DNA of 64,000 bases from an uncultured Microbacteriaceae bacterium (GTDB lineage: Bacteria > Actinomycetota > Actinomycetes > Actinomycetales > Microbacteriaceae): assembly GCA_934661165.1 (NCBI GenBank), contig CAKUJB010000001.1, positions 1,889 to 65,888 of the forward strand, written 5' to 3'. Position numbers and translations under genes: made by a program. Positions 36,010-46,838 of the stretch are shown in pieces. Every line of letters begins with the position of its first letter. Positions within the stretch are counted from its first letter, which is position 1. The notes under the pieces are model-generated. The model was not told the origin of the DNA and made no database searches. It worked only from the letters and a program-made list of their open reading frames with translations.

Positions 36010-36687
36010 TCAGGCCTCGAATCGGTAGCCGAGCCCCCGCACCGTGACGAGGTGCCGCGGCTCGCTCGGCACCGGCTCGACCTTGGCCCGGAGCCGCTTG
36101 ATGTGCACGTCGAGCGTCTTCGTGTCGCCGTAGTAGTCGCTTCCCCACACCCGGTCGATGAGCTGGCCGCGCGTGAGGACCTTGCCCGCGTTGCGCATGA
36201 GGAGCTCGAGCAGCTCGAACTCCTTGAGCGGCATCGCCACCTCCGCACCGTCGACCTCGACCGTGTGCCGGTCGACGTCCATCCGGACCGGGCCCGCGGC
36301 GACGATCGCGTCGTCGTCGAGGTCCTCGACCCGACGGCGCAGGACCGCCTTGATCCGGGCGAGCAGCTCACGCGACTTGTACGGCTTCGTGACGTAGTCG
36401 TCGGCGCCGAGCTCGAGCCCGACGACGATGTCGACCTCGCCGTCCTTCGCGGTGAGCATGATGATCGGGACCTGGCTGCGCGACCGGAGGTCGCGGCAGA
36501 CGTCGGTGCCGCTCATCCCCGGCAGCATGAGGTCGAGCAGGACGAGGTCGGCGCCGCGCTGATCGAACTCGCGCAGCGCGCTCGGCCCGTCCGGCGCGAC
36601 CGCGACCTCGTACCCCTCGCGCTCGAGCAGGTACGCGAGCGGCTCGCTCAGCGACGCTTCGTCCTCGACGACGAGTATCCGGGTCAA
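36010..36687 (-). CDS. regX3: OmpR/PhoB-family response regulator (RegX3/PhoP-like)
   Basis: TTG at 36687 (TTGA overlap with the kinase stop) gives (M)TRILVVEDEASLSEPL...DLVLLDLMLPG...winged-helix RGLGYRFEA. The gene symbol is assigned by synteny with the sensor kinase and pst/phoU. Confidence 0.85.
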   Translation of the reverse strand: MTRILVVEDEASLSEPLAYLLEREGYEVAVAPDGPSALREFDQRGADLVLLDLMLPGMSGTDVCRDLRSRSQVPIIMLTAKDGEVDIVVGLELGADDYVTKPYKSRELLARIKAVLRRRVEDLDDDAIVAAGPVRMDVDRHTVEVDGAEVAMPLKEFELLELLMRNAGKVLTRGQLIDRVWGSDYYGDTKTLDVHIKRLRAKVEPVPSEPRHLVTVRGLGYRFEA

Positions 36688-37838
36688 TGCGCTGCTCCCT
36701 CGGTCGGTCCGGCCGTGTCCGCGGCGTCCGCGCGCGGCAGGCGGATGGTGAAGGTCGCGCCGCTGCCGGGCTGCGACCACACGGTCACGTCGCCGCCGTG
36801 GTTCGCGACGGCGTGCTTGACGATCGACAGGCCGAGCCCCGTGCCGCCCGTCTGCCGGCTCCGCGCGGGATCGCTGCGGAAGAACCGCTCGAAGATGCGG
36901 TCCTGCTCCTCGACGGGGATGCCCGGTCCGTGATCGGTCACCGAGATCTCGATCGTGTCGCCGCGCGCCGCGACACCGATCCCGACGCGCGAGAGCTCGG
37001 GCGAGTACTGCACGGCGTTGAGGACGAGATTGTGGACGGCGACGACGAGCGTCGCCTCGTGCCCGCGCACGACGAGGCCCCGCTCGCCGCCGCGCACGAG
37101 CTCGATGCGCTTCGCCTCGGCGACGACGTGGTTCTGCTCGATCGCCTTCGTCAGGAGGCGGTCGACGGCGATCGGCTCCGACTCGCCGAGCGGGCCGGCG
37201 CCCTGCACGCGGGAGAGCTCGATGATGTCCTGCGTGAGGCCCGCGAGCCGCTGGGCCTCCGCGCTCAGCCGGCTGGCGAAGCGGCGCACCTGCTCCGGAT
37301 CGTCGGCCGCGGAGTCGAGTGCCTCGGCGAGGAGGCTCACCGCGCCGATGGGCGTCTTGAGCTCGTGACTCACGTTCGCGATGAAATCGCGTCGGACCGC
37401 GTCGAGCCGGACGGCGTCGGTGCGGTCCTCGGCGACGAGCAGGATGTAGCGCACGCCGATCTGCGCCGCGGTGACGCTGAGGTGCCGTGTCGGTTCCCGG
37501 CGCGACCGCCCCACGAGCTCGACGTCCCGCGCGACGCGGGCGCCGGTCGCGCGGACCTCGTCGAGGATCTCGACGAGTCCGGGGTGCACCCGCTCCTGCA
37601 CGAGCCCCGCGGTCACGGCGCTCGCCGACCGCGCGAGCACGAGATTGGAGCCGTCGACGAGGATCGCCGGCGGCCCGAGCACTCGCAGCACCGACTCGAC
37701 GCCGTCCGGGACGCGCTGCTCCGCGAGCTGCCTCGCCTGCTCCCCGCGCCGCGCCGCCCAGACGGCGAGCGTGGCCATGAGCACCCCGAGGAGGAGCCCG
37801 AAGCCCAGCGCGACGGCGATGAGCCAGGCCTGCACCAT
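36684..37838 (-). CDS. senX3: sensor histidine kinase (SenX3-like)
   Basis: ATG at 37838 gives MVQAWLIAVALGFGLLLGVLMATLAVW (TM) ... FIANVSHELKTPIGAV (H-box) ... TGGTGLGLSIVKH (G2 box). Confidence 0.88.
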   Translation of the reverse strand: MVQAWLIAVALGFGLLLGVLMATLAVWAARRGEQARQLAEQRVPDGVESVLRVLGPPAILVDGSNLVLARSASAVTAGLVQERVHPGLVEILDEVRATGARVARDVELVGRSRREPTRHLSVTAAQIGVRYILLVAEDRTDAVRLDAVRRDFIANVSHELKTPIGAVSLLAEALDSAADDPEQVRRFASRLSAEAQRLAGLTQDIIELSRVQGAGPLGESEPIAVDRLLTKAIEQNHVVAEAKRIELVRGGERGLVVRGHEATLVVAVHNLVLNAVQYSPELSRVGIGVAARGDTIEISVTDHGPGIPVEEQDRIFERFFRSDPARSRQTGGTGLGLSIVKHAVANHGGDVTVWSQPGSGATFTIRLPRADAADTAGPTEGAAH

Positions 37839-37859
37839 GCCGTCAAGGGTACGGCTCCC

Positions 37860-37933
37860 GTTCACCCGGGACGGCCCCGATCCGGCCCGCAGCACCCGAT
37901 GTTCACCCGGCGGACGCGCCGCGTTCATCTGGC
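37860..37933 (+). promoter_or_regulatory. PHO-box-like GTTCAC repeats in the divergent sensor kinase/phoU intergenic region
   Basis: GTTCACCCGGG (37860-37870), GTTCACCCGGC (37901-37911) and GTTCATCTGGC (37923-37933). The last two are exactly 22 nt (2 x 11) apart. Same unit as upstream of pstS. Confidence 0.55.
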
Positions 37934-37968
37934 GGCTCGACCTCGGGCGCGCGGGTGCGGGAGAATCG

Positions 37969-38664
37969 ATGGAGCCGACCCGAGAGAGGACCGTCGACGT
38001 GCGCGAAGTGTTCCAGCAGGAGCTCAGCGAGGTGCAGGCCCGCCTCGTCGAGCTCGCGACCCTTGTGGCCGACTCCATCGAGGACGCCGCGAAGGCGTTC
38101 GACGAGTCCGACATCACCCTCGCCGAGCGCGTCATCGCGGGCGACCGCGTCATCGATGCGGCCACCGCGACCCTCGACGAGCTCGCGATCGACATCCTCG
38201 CGAGGCAGCAGCCGGTCGCTCGCGACCTCCGGATCGTCGTGAGCGCGCTGCGCATCAGCGCATCCCTGGAGCGGATGGGCGACATGGCCGGTCACATCGC
38301 GCAGCTCGCCCGCTACCGATTCCCCGAGAAGGTCGCCCGTAAGTCGCTGCGTCCCCACTTCGAGGAGCTCGGCGCGATCGACACCGCGATCGCGCGCCGC
38401 CTCATCCGCCTGCTCGAGACGAACGACGTCAAGATCGCGCGGGAGATCCAGCGCGAGGACGACAAGGTCGACGCGCTGCGCGAGGCCGTGCTCGAGCGCA
38501 TGCTCGGCGAGAAGTGGAAGGGCGAGCCGATGGACACGGTGGATGCGACGCTCGCCTCGCGCTACTACGAACGATTCGCCGACCACGCGGTCAAGATCGC
38601 GAAGAAGGTCGAGTACCTGCGCGACGGCGAGTGGGTGCGTCCGGGCGACGAGCCCGCCGCCTGA
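37969..38664 (+). CDS. phoU: phosphate signalling complex protein PhoU
   Basis: ...REVFQQELSEVQARL...RDLRIVVSALRISASLERMGDMAGHIA...ASRYYERFADHAVKIA (two PhoU repeats). The start is either ATG 37969 or GTG 37999. Confidence 0.9.
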   Translation: MEPTRERTVDVREVFQQELSEVQARLVELATLVADSIEDAAKAFDESDITLAERVIAGDRVIDAATATLDELAIDILARQQPVARDLRIVVSALRISASLERMGDMAGHIAQLARYRFPEKVARKSLRPHFEELGAIDTAIARRLIRLLETNDVKIAREIQREDDKVDALREAVLERMLGEKWKGEPMDTVDATLASRYYERFADHAVKIAKKVEYLRDGEWVRPGDEPAA

Positions 38665-38682
38665 GTCGCGCGCGACCGGCCG

Positions 38683-39612
38683 CTACACCGGCAGGTGGAC
38701 GAGCGGGTCGACGGCCACCGCGACGAACACGAGCGCGAGGTACGAGTTCGAGCCGTGGAACAGCCGCATCGGCTTCACCTCGGCATCGCGCAGCGCCGTC
38801 GCGTACAGGACGTGGGCCTCGATGATGAACCAGGCGCCGGCGAGCGCGGCCGCCGCGGTGTAGATCCAGCCCATGCCGCCGACGGGGACGAGCAGCAGCG
38901 AGCAGATGACGGTCGCCCAGGCGTAGAGGATGATCTGCAGCCCGACGACCTGGTCGTTCCGGACGACGGAGAGCATGGGCACCCCGGCCGCGCGGTAGTC
39001 CTCGCGATAGCGCATGGACAGCGGCCAGTAGTGGGGCGGGGTCCAGAGGAAGATGACTCCGAAGAGGATGAGCGGCTCCCAGGTCAGTCCCCCGGTGACC
39101 GCCGACCACCCGATGAGCACCGGCATGCAGCCCGCGGCCCCGCCCCAGACGATGTTCTGCGGCGTCCGGCGCTTGAGGAGCATCGTGTACACGAGCACGT
39201 AGAACGCGATCGCCGCGACGGCGAGGACCGCCGGCAGCCAGCCGGTGAGCAGCCACAGCCAGGCGGTCGCGACGACGCCGAGGACCCAGGCGAAGACGAT
39301 CGCCTCGCGGTCCCCGATCGACCCGATGGCGAGCGGTCGCGACTTCGTGCGGCTCATGAGCCTGTCGATGTCGCGGTCGAACCACATGTTGAAGGCGTTC
39401 GCAGAACCGGCGGCCAGCGTGCCGCCGACGAGCGTCGCGAGCACGAGCCGGAGGTCGGGGACGCCCCGGGCGGCGAGGAACATGACCGGCACCGTCGTGA
39501 TGAGCAGCAGCTCGATGACGCGGGGCTTGGTGAGCGCGACGAAGGCCCGCACCCGGGCGAGACCGGTCGCTCGGACCCCGGTCGTCGGTTCCGAGATCAG
39601 GGTCTGAGTCAC
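38683..39612 (-). CDS. ctaB: protoheme IX farnesyltransferase (heme O synthase)
   Basis: [12 protein letters not shown]..., NMWFDRDID and [17 protein letters not shown] (UbiA-family motifs). GTG at 39612 was chosen to avoid overlap with divergent tkt; the ORF track start is 39711. Confidence 0.88.
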   Translation of the reverse strand: MTQTLISEPTTGVRATGLARVRAFVALTKPRVIELLLITTVPVMFLAARGVPDLRLVLATLVGGTLAAGSANAFNMWFDRDIDRLMSRTKSRPLAIGSIGDREAIVFAWVLGVVATAWLWLLTGWLPAVLAVAAIAFYVLVYTMLLKRRTPQNIVWGGAAGCMPVLIGWSAVTGGLTWEPLILFGVIFLWTPPHYWPLSMRYREDYRAAGVPMLSVVRNDQVVGLQIILYAWATVICSLLLVPVGGMGWIYTAAAALAGAWFIIEAHVLYATALRDAEVKPMRLFHGSNSYLALVFVAVAVDPLVHLPV

Positions 39613-39664
39613 GTGCCGCAGTCTACGCCGCGCAGCTGAGCGCCCCCGTCTAGGATGGGGGATC

Positions 39665-41716
39665 GTGGCATCGCTGAGCTGGACCGACATCGACAGGCGG
39701 GCGGTCGACACCGCCAGGATCCTCGCGGCCGACGCCGTCGAGCGCGCGGGAAGCGGCCATCCGGGGACCGCGATGAGCCTCGCGCCCGCGGCGTATCTCC
39801 TCTACCAGCGGATCATGCGCCACGACCCGGCGGCGCCCGAGTGGATCGGCCGGGATCGCTTCATCCTGTCGGCCGGCCACGCGAGCCTCACGCAGTACAT
39901 CCAGCTCTACCTCGGCGGGTTCGGCCTCGAGCTCGAGGACCTCGAGGCGCTGCGCACGCTCGGCTCCAAGACCCCGGGCCACCCCGAGTACCGGCACACG
40001 GCGGGGATCGAGATCACAACGGGACCGCTGGGCACCGGCATCGCCTCCGCCGTCGGCTTCGCGTACGCGGCGCGGTACGAGCGCGGCCTCTTCGACCCGC
40101 AGGCCGCCCCGGGCACGAGCCCCTTCGACCACTTCATCTACGTGATTGCCGGTGACGGCGATCTCCAGGAGGGCGTGTCGGCGGAGGCCTCGAGCCTCGC
40201 GGGGCACCAGCGCCTCGGCAACCTCATCGCGATCTACGACTCGAATCGGATCTCGATCGAGGGCGACACCGACGTCTCCTTCACCGAGGACGTCGTCGCC
40301 CGCTACCGGGCGTACGGCTGGCAGGTCATCGAGGTCGACTGGCTGCGCACCGGCGAATACTCGGAGGACGTCCACGCGCTGCACGACGCGATCGTCGACG
40401 CGCAGGACGATTTCGGTCGCCCCTCCCTCATCGTGCTCAAGACGATCATCGGCTGGCCGGCACCGGCGAAGCGGGGCACGGAGTCGGTCCACGGCGCCGC
40501 GCTCGGCGCGGACGAGGTCGCCGCGACGAAGGCGCTGCTCGGCTTCGACCCGGCGCGCGACTTCGACGTCGAGCCCGAGGTCCTCGCGCACACGCGGGCG
40601 CTCGCCGCTCGCGGCGCGCGCGCTCGCGCGGACTGGCAGGCCGAGTTCGACGCCTGGTCCGCGGCGAACCCCGAGCGCCGGGCGCTCCTCGACCGGCTCG
40701 AGGCGGGCGAGCTCCCCGACGGGCTCGACGCCGTGCTGCCGACGTGGGAGCAGGGCGCGTCCGTCGCGACGCGGGCCGCGAGCGGCAAGGTCATCAACGC
40801 CCTCGCCCCCGTGCTGCCCGAGCTCTGGGGCGGCTCGGCCGATCTCGCCGGCTCGAACAACACGACGATCACCGGCGCCCCCTCGTTCCTGCCCATCGGC
40901 CGCTCGACCGAGGAGTGGACCGGATCGCCGTACGGCCGCGTGCTGCACTTCGGCATCCGCGAGTTCGCGATGGGCACGATCCTCAACGGCATCGTGCTCC
41001 ACGGCCCGACGCGGCCGTTCGGCGGCACATTCCTCATCTTCAGCGACTACATGCGCCCGGCCGTCCGACTCGCGGCGCTCATGGGCATCCCGTCGATCTT
41101 CGTCTGGACTCACGACTCGGTCGCGCTCGGCGGCGACGGTCCCACGCACCAGCCCATCGAGCACCTCGCGGCGCTCCGGGCGATCCCGGGGCTCGACGTC
41201 ATCCGGCCCGCGGATGCCAACGAGACCGCATGGGCCTGGCGCACCATGCTCGAGCGTCGCGGCGGCCCCGCCGGCATCGCGCTGTCGCGGCAGAACCTCC
41301 CCGTCGTGACCACGGGCGAGCAGACGGCTCGTGGCGCCTATGTCCTCGCCGACGCCGCCGACGGGCAGCCCCAGGCCATCGTCATCGCGACGGGCTCCGA
41401 GGTGCAGCTCGCGCTCGAGGCCCGTGACGTGCTCGCGGCCGAGGGCATCGGCGTCCGCGTCGTGTCCGCGCCCTGCCTCGAGTGGTTCGAGGAGCAGGAC
41501 GAGGCCTACCGGGAGTCGGTGCTGCCGACGGCCACCACCGCCCGCGTCTCGGTCGAAGCGGGACTCGCGCTCAGCTGGCACCGCTATGTCGGCAGCCGCG
41601 GCCGCACCGTCTCGATCGAGCACTTCGGCGCGTCGGCGGACGGCGCGCAGCTCCTGCGGGAGTTCGGCATCACCACGGAGGCCGTCGTCGCGGCGGTGAA
41701 GGAGGCACTCGGATGA
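39665..41716 (+). CDS. tkt: transketolase
   Basis: 683 aa (GTG start) with [12 protein letters not shown] and [10 protein letters not shown] (TPP motif). Confidence 0.95.
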   Translation: MASLSWTDIDRRAVDTARILAADAVERAGSGHPGTAMSLAPAAYLLYQRIMRHDPAAPEWIGRDRFILSAGHASLTQYIQLYLGGFGLELEDLEALRTLGSKTPGHPEYRHTAGIEITTGPLGTGIASAVGFAYAARYERGLFDPQAAPGTSPFDHFIYVIAGDGDLQEGVSAEASSLAGHQRLGNLIAIYDSNRISIEGDTDVSFTEDVVARYRAYGWQVIEVDWLRTGEYSEDVHALHDAIVDAQDDFGRPSLIVLKTIIGWPAPAKRGTESVHGAALGADEVAATKALLGFDPARDFDVEPEVLAHTRALAARGARARADWQAEFDAWSAANPERRALLDRLEAGELPDGLDAVLPTWEQGASVATRAASGKVINALAPVLPELWGGSADLAGSNNTTITGAPSFLPIGRSTEEWTGSPYGRVLHFGIREFAMGTILNGIVLHGPTRPFGGTFLIFSDYMRPAVRLAALMGIPSIFVWTHDSVALGGDGPTHQPIEHLAALRAIPGLDVIRPADANETAWAWRTMLERRGGPAGIALSRQNLPVVTTGEQTARGAYVLADAADGQPQAIVIATGSEVQLALEARDVLAAEGIGVRVVSAPCLEWFEEQDEAYRESVLPTATTARVSVEAGLALSWHRYVGSRGRTVSIEHFGASADGAQLLREFGITTEAVVAAVKEALG

Positions 41717-42813
41717 CCACGCCCACCAGGGCCCTGCGCGATCTCGGGGTGAGCATCTGGCTCGACGACCTGTCGCGCGAGCGCATCGCCTCCGGCGGCC
41801 TCGCCGAGCTCGTCCGCACCCGCGACGTCGTCGGCGTCACGACCAACCCGACGATCTTCGCGGCCGCGATCTCGAAGGGCGAGCAGTACGCGGCCCAGCT
41901 CGCCGACCTCGCCGCGGAGGGGCTCGACGCCGAGGACGCCGTCTTCCGCATCACGACCGATGACGTGCGCGCCGCCTGCGACGTGCTGCGACCGGTCTTC
42001 GACGCGACCGACGGCCTGGACGGCCGGGTCTCCATCGAGGTCTCCCCCGACCTCGCCTTCGACACCGCCGGCACGATCGCCCAGGCGTTCGAGCTGTGGG
42101 CGGCGGTCGACCGCCCGAACGCGATGATCAAGATCCCCGCCACCGCGCCGGGGATCCCCGCGATCACCGAGGTGCTCGGCCGCGGCATCCCGGTCAATGT
42201 GACCCTCATCTTCTCGCTCGACCGCTACGCCGAGGTCGTCGACGCCTATCTCGCGGGGCTCGAGCTCGCGCGTGCGAACGGGCACGACCTCGCGAGCATC
42301 CGCAGCGTCGCCTCCTTCTTCGTCTCGCGCGTCGACACCGAGGTCGACCGGCGCCTGGGCGAGACCCACCCCGAGCTGCGATCGCGCGCCGGCATCGCGA
42401 ATGCGCGTCTGGCCTATGACGCCTACCAGCGAGCATTCGCCGGCGAGCGCGCGCAGGCCCTGCTCGAGGCAGGCGCACATCGCCAGCGCCCGCTCTGGGC
42501 CTCGACGGGCGTGAAGGATCCCGCGCTGCCCGACACGCTCTACGTCACGGAGCTCGCGGTCGCCGACACGGTGAACACGATGCCGGAGAAGACGCTCGAG
42601 GCGACGTTCGACCACGCGCCGGTCCGCGGCGACGCCGTGACCGGCGCGGTCGACGAGGCGCACGAGGTCCTCGAGTCGCTCGCCGCCGCCGGCATCGACA
42701 TCGACGAGGTCACGGCGCTCCTCGAGCGCGAGGGCGTCGACAAGTTCATCGTCTCCTGGCACGAGCTGCTCGAGACCGTCCGCCAGGCGCTCGCCGCCGC
42801 GAAGGCGCGTTGA
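41713..42813 (+). CDS. tal: transaldolase (actinobacterial long type)
   Basis: ATG at 41713 (ATGA overlap with tkt) gives [25 protein letters not shown]...TTNPTIF...IKIPAT. Confidence 0.94.
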   Translation: MTTPTRALRDLGVSIWLDDLSRERIASGGLAELVRTRDVVGVTTNPTIFAAAISKGEQYAAQLADLAAEGLDAEDAVFRITTDDVRAACDVLRPVFDATDGLDGRVSIEVSPDLAFDTAGTIAQAFELWAAVDRPNAMIKIPATAPGIPAITEVLGRGIPVNVTLIFSLDRYAEVVDAYLAGLELARANGHDLASIRSVASFFVSRVDTEVDRRLGETHPELRSRAGIANARLAYDAYQRAFAGERAQALLEAGAHRQRPLWASTGVKDPALPDTLYVTELAVADTVNTMPEKTLEATFDHAPVRGDAVTGAVDEAHEVLESLAAAGIDIDEVTALLEREGVDKFIVSWHELLETVRQALAAAKAR

Positions 42814-42814
42814 G

Positions 42815-44362
42815 ATGACCGTCCGCATCGTCGCGACCGGCGCCGCGGCCGAGGCGGTCGCCCGCGTCGTCCCGCAGCTCGTGAGCGATCTCGTCGCGAG
42901 CCGGCTCCTCGCGCAGGACGAGACGCTCTGGGGCCGCGAGGCGGAGGCCGAGGCGCGCAATCGTCTCGGATGGACCGAGGCGATCTCCGTCTCCCGGCAG
43001 CTCGTGGACGACATCGTCGCGCTTCGCGAGCGACTCACGGGACTCGGCGTCGATCGGATCGTGCTGTGCGGCATGGGCGGATCCTCGCTCGCCCCCGAGG
43101 TCATCACCGGCACATACGGCGCCCCGCTCGTCGTGCTCGACTCGACGCACCCCGCGCAGGTCGTCGCCGCGATCGTCGAGCTCGAGCGCACCGCGGTCGT
43201 CGTCGCCTCGAAGTCGGGCTCGACGCTCGAGACCGACAGTCAGAAGCGCGCCTTCGAGGCGGCATTCCGCGCGGCGGGCATCGACCCGGTCGACCGGGTC
43301 ATCGTGGTGACCGATCCGGGCTCGCCGCTCGACGTCGCGGCTCGCGCCGACGGCTATCGCGTCTTCAACGCCGACCCGAACGTCGGCGGACGCTACAGCG
43401 CGCTCACAGCATTCGGCCTCGTCCCGGCGGGACTCGCCGGCGTCGACGTCGACGAGCTCCTCGACGAGGCCGAGGCGGTCGCCCTCGAGCTCGCGCTCGA
43501 CGCGCCGACCAACCCTGGCCTCATCCTCGGGGCCGTCATCGCGGGCACGCGGCCGCTCAAGGACAAGCTCGGGATCGTCGCGGACGGCACCCACATCCTC
43601 GGCTTCGGCGAATGGGCGGAGCAGCTCATCGCGGAATCCACCGGCAAGGAGGGCAGCGGCATCCTCCCCGTCGTGCTCCGCCCGGACTCCCCCGAGGTGC
43701 GCGCGGGCCTCTCCGACCTGCAGATCGTGCGCCTCGTCGGCCGGTACGAGGACACGCGGGAGGTGCTCGAGGGCGAGGTCGAGATCGCCGGCACCCTCGG
43801 CGCGCAGCTCCTCGTCTGGGAGGTCGCGACCGCGGTGGCCGGTCGCCTGCTCGGGACGAACCCCTTCGACCAGCCGGATGTCGAATCCGCGAAGGCGGCG
43901 GCCCGCGCTCTCATCGACGAGCTCGCCGAGCCGCCCGCGGGCCTGCCCGTCGACGCGGCCGGCGCGGAGCTCAACGAGCTGCTCGGCAGCGTCCCAGACG
44001 ACGGCTACCTCGCGATCCACGCCTACCTCGACCGGGAGACGGATCCCGGGTTCGCCGAGCTCCGGGACCGGATCGCCGCGAAGATCGGCCGGCCGGTCAC
44101 GTTCGGCTGGGGCCCGCGCTTCCTCCACTCCACGGGGCAGTACCACAAGGGCGGCCCGCGCACCGGCGTCTTCCTCCAGCTGCTCGCGCCGACGGCGACC
44201 GAGCTGGCCATCCCGGGTCGGGAGTTCGGCTTCGGTCGCCTCATCGCGGCCCAGGCCGCGGGCGACGCCTCCGTGCTGCGCGAGCACGGCCGTCCGGTCC
44301 TCGCACTCGAGCTGCCGGACGCGGAGGTCGGACTCCGACGGCTGCTGGAGCTCGTGGGCTGA
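42815..44362 (+). CDS. pgi: glucose-6-phosphate isomerase
   Basis: 515 aa with ...LCGMGGSSLAPEV..., ASKSGSTLET and GGRYSALTAFGLVP. Confidence 0.9.
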   Translation: MTVRIVATGAAAEAVARVVPQLVSDLVASRLLAQDETLWGREAEAEARNRLGWTEAISVSRQLVDDIVALRERLTGLGVDRIVLCGMGGSSLAPEVITGTYGAPLVVLDSTHPAQVVAAIVELERTAVVVASKSGSTLETDSQKRAFEAAFRAAGIDPVDRVIVVTDPGSPLDVAARADGYRVFNADPNVGGRYSALTAFGLVPAGLAGVDVDELLDEAEAVALELALDAPTNPGLILGAVIAGTRPLKDKLGIVADGTHILGFGEWAEQLIAESTGKEGSGILPVVLRPDSPEVRAGLSDLQIVRLVGRYEDTREVLEGEVEIAGTLGAQLLVWEVATAVAGRLLGTNPFDQPDVESAKAAARALIDELAEPPAGLPVDAAGAELNELLGSVPDDGYLAIHAYLDRETDPGFAELRDRIAAKIGRPVTFGWGPRFLHSTGQYHKGGPRTGVFLQLLAPTATELAIPGREFGFGRLIAAQAAGDASVLREHGRPVLALELPDAEVGLRRLLELVG

Positions 44363-45900
44363 TGCCGGCGGAGATCGCCGCCGGGCGCAACCCCCTGCGC
44401 GTCGAGGCGGACCGCCGGCTCGGGCGCATCGCGGGCCCGAGCTCGCTCATCATCTTCGGCGTCACCGGCGACCTCAGCCGGAAGAAGCTGCTGCCCGCCG
44501 TCTACGATCTCGCGAATCGCGGTTTGCTCTCCCCCGGGTTCGGGCTCGTCGGCTTCGCCCGGCGCGACTGGGACGACGCGACCTTCACCGAGGTCGTGCA
44601 CGAGGCGGTGCGGCGCCATGCGCGCACGCACTTCGACGAGGAGGTCTGGCGCCAGCTCGCGAAGGGCATCCGCTTCGTCTCCGGCGAGTTCGACGACGCC
44701 GACGCGTTCGCGCGACTTCGCCACACGGTCGAGCGGCTCGACCGCGACCGCGGCACGATGGGCAACCACGTCTTCTACCTGTCGATCCCGCCGAAGTCGT
44801 TCCCGGTCGTGACGGAGCGGCTGCGCGACTCCGGACTCGCGAGCCCCGCGAACGGTCAGTGGCGACGGGTCGTCGTCGAGAAGCCGTTCGGCAGCGATCT
44901 GCGCACGGCGCGCGAACTCAACGACGTCGTCGGCTCCGTCTTCCCACCCGACTCCGTCTTCCGCATCGACCACTATCTCGGCAAGGAGACGGTGCAGAAC
45001 ATTCTCGCGCTGCGCTTCGCGAACGAGCTGTTCGAGCCGCTGTGGCGCGCGGAGCACGTCGATCACGTGCAGATCACCATGGCCGAGGACGTCGGCGTCG
45101 GCGGCCGCGCCGGCTATTACGACGGCGTCGGCGCCGCCCGCGACGTGATCCAGAATCACCTGCTCCAGCTGCTCGCGCTCACCGCGATGGAGGAGCCGGT
45201 GTCGTTCGCTGCGAAGCATCTGCGCGCCGAGAAGGAGAAGGTGCTGTCGGCGGTGCGGCTGCCGACCGATCTCGGGCGGTACACCGCTCGGGGTCAGTAC
45301 CGCGGCGGTTGGCAGGGCGGCGAGCAGGTCGTCGGCTTCCTCGAGGAAGCGGGCATGCACCCGCAGTCGACGACCGAGACGTACGCCGCGATGCGACTCG
45401 ACATCGACACGCGCCGCTGGGCCGGTGTCCCCTTCTACCTTCGCACCGGCAAACGGCTCGGCCGCCGCGTCACGGAGATCGCGGTCGTCTTCAAGCGCGC
45501 CCCGCAGTACCTCTTCGACGCCGCGCAGACGACGGCGCTCGGATCGAATGCGCTCGTCATCCGCGTGCAGCCCGACGAGGGCGTGACGATCCGATTCGGT
45601 TCGAAGGTCCCCGGCGCGGGGATGCAGGTGCGGGACGTCACGATGGACTTCGGCTACGGGCACGCGTTCACGGAGCAGAGCCCGGAGGCCTACGAGCGGC
45701 TCATCCTCGACGTGCTGCTCGGCGACCCGCCGCTGTTCCCCCGGCACGAGGAGGTCGAGCTGTCCTGGCAGATTCTCGACCCGATCGAGGAGTTCTGGGC
45801 GACGCAGGGGCAGCCCGAGCAGTACCGCCCCGGGACCTGGGGGCCGTCCTCCGCGGACCGGCTCATGGCGGCCGACGGCCGCAGCTGGAGGCTGCCATGA
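44362..45900 (+). CDS. zwf: glucose-6-phosphate dehydrogenase
   Basis: ATG at 44362 (TGATG junction) gives ...IIFGVTGDLSRKKLLPA...RIDHYLGKE... Confidence 0.95.
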   Translation: MPAEIAAGRNPLRVEADRRLGRIAGPSSLIIFGVTGDLSRKKLLPAVYDLANRGLLSPGFGLVGFARRDWDDATFTEVVHEAVRRHARTHFDEEVWRQLAKGIRFVSGEFDDADAFARLRHTVERLDRDRGTMGNHVFYLSIPPKSFPVVTERLRDSGLASPANGQWRRVVVEKPFGSDLRTARELNDVVGSVFPPDSVFRIDHYLGKETVQNILALRFANELFEPLWRAEHVDHVQITMAEDVGVGGRAGYYDGVGAARDVIQNHLLQLLALTAMEEPVSFAAKHLRAEKEKVLSAVRLPTDLGRYTARGQYRGGWQGGEQVVGFLEEAGMHPQSTTETYAAMRLDIDTRRWAGVPFYLRTGKRLGRRVTEIAVVFKRAPQYLFDAAQTTALGSNALVIRVQPDEGVTIRFGSKVPGAGMQVRDVTMDFGYGHAFTEQSPEAYERLILDVLLGDPPLFPRHEEVELSWQILDPIEEFWATQGQPEQYRPGTWGPSSADRLMAADGRSWRLP

Positions 45901-46838
45901 GAGTCGATCTGCCGAACACGACGGTCGCCGCGATCTCGAAGGAGCTCGTGCGGCTGCGCGAGGAGGGCGGCGCGGTCGCCCTCGGGCGCGTGCTCACGCT
46001 CATCATCGTGACGAGCCCGAGCGAGGCGGAGGCCGCCATCGCGGCGGCGAACGCGGCCAGCCGCGAGCATCCGATGCGCGTCCTCGTCCTCATCGAGCCT
46101 GCCGAGGCGAGCGGCGCCGCGGCACGGGTCGATGCGGAGATCCGGGTCGGCGGCGACGCTGGCGCCAGCGAGGTCATCGTGCTGCGGGCGCACGGCGACG
46201 CCGCGAGCGATCCCGAGTCGCTCGTCACCGGTCTCCTGCTGCCCGATGCCCCGATCGTCGCCTGGTGGTCGTCTGCCGCCCCCGAGTGCGTCGCACGGTC
46301 GCCGATCGGCCGGATCGCGACCCGGCGCATCACCGACGTGAAGTCGACCGGCGGCACCGGCGAGACGCTCGCGGACCTCGCCGAGCACTTCACCCGGGGC
46401 GACACGGACCTCGCCTGGACACGGATCACGCTGTGGCGCTCGCAGCTCGCGGCGGTCCTCGACCAGCCGCCGTACGAGCCCGTCGAACGGATCGAGGTCG
46501 ACGGCGCCGCCGACTCCGCGTCCGCGGTCCTGCTCGCTTCGTGGCTCGGCCTGGAGCTCGAGGCGCCCCTCGAACGCCACAGCAGGTACTCGCTCCAGGA
46601 GGGGTACGGTATCGCCTCCGTGACGCTGCATCGCGCGAGCGGCGCGATCGAGCTCACCCGCGTCACGGACGCCGCGGCGGAGCTCCGACAGCCTGGGCAG
46701 CCGGTCCACGAGGTCGCGCTGCCGCTGCGCACGACACGCGAGTGCCTGGCGGAGGAGCTGCGACGCCTGGACCCCGACGAGCTCTACGAACGCGTCCTGA
46801 CGCTCGGGCTCGGCCCGACACGTACGGTGGACTCGTGA
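45897..46838 (+). CDS. opcA: glucose-6-phosphate dehydrogenase assembly protein OpcA
   Basis: ATG at 45897 (ATGA overlap) gives MRVDLPNTTVAAISKELVRLREEGGAVALGRVLTLII.... Position directly after zwf. Confidence 0.9.
   Translation: MRVDLPNTTVAAISKELVRLREEGGAVALGRVLTLIIVTSPSEAEAAIAAANAASREHPMRVLVLIEPAEASGAAARVDAEIRVGGDAGASEVIVLRAHGDAASDPESLVTGLLLPDAPIVAWWSSAAPECVARSPIGRIATRRITDVKSTGGTGETLADLAEHFTRGDTDLAWTRITLWRSQLAAVLDQPPYEPVERIEVDGAADSASAVLLASWLGLELEAPLERHSRYSLQEGYGIASVTLHRASGAIELTRVTDAAAELRQPGQPVHEVALPLRTTRECLAEELRRLDPDELYERVLTLGLGPTRTVDS

Noticed and set aside
39650-41623. A 657-aa minus-strand ORF. Similar very long ORFs occur at 55806..58598 (+), 58803..60902 (+), 53360..55951 (+), 24646..26889 (+), 13641..15821 (-), 14408..16759 (+), 28005..29405 (+) and 28999..30849 (+).
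   Set aside because: All are antisense to genes with unmistakable conserved motifs (tkt, uvrA, uvrB, uvrC, ABC-F, GT4, sufD, sufB). Their translations are low-complexity R/A/G/D/E/P strings. They reflect the absence of stop codons in GC-rich antisense frames, not genes.
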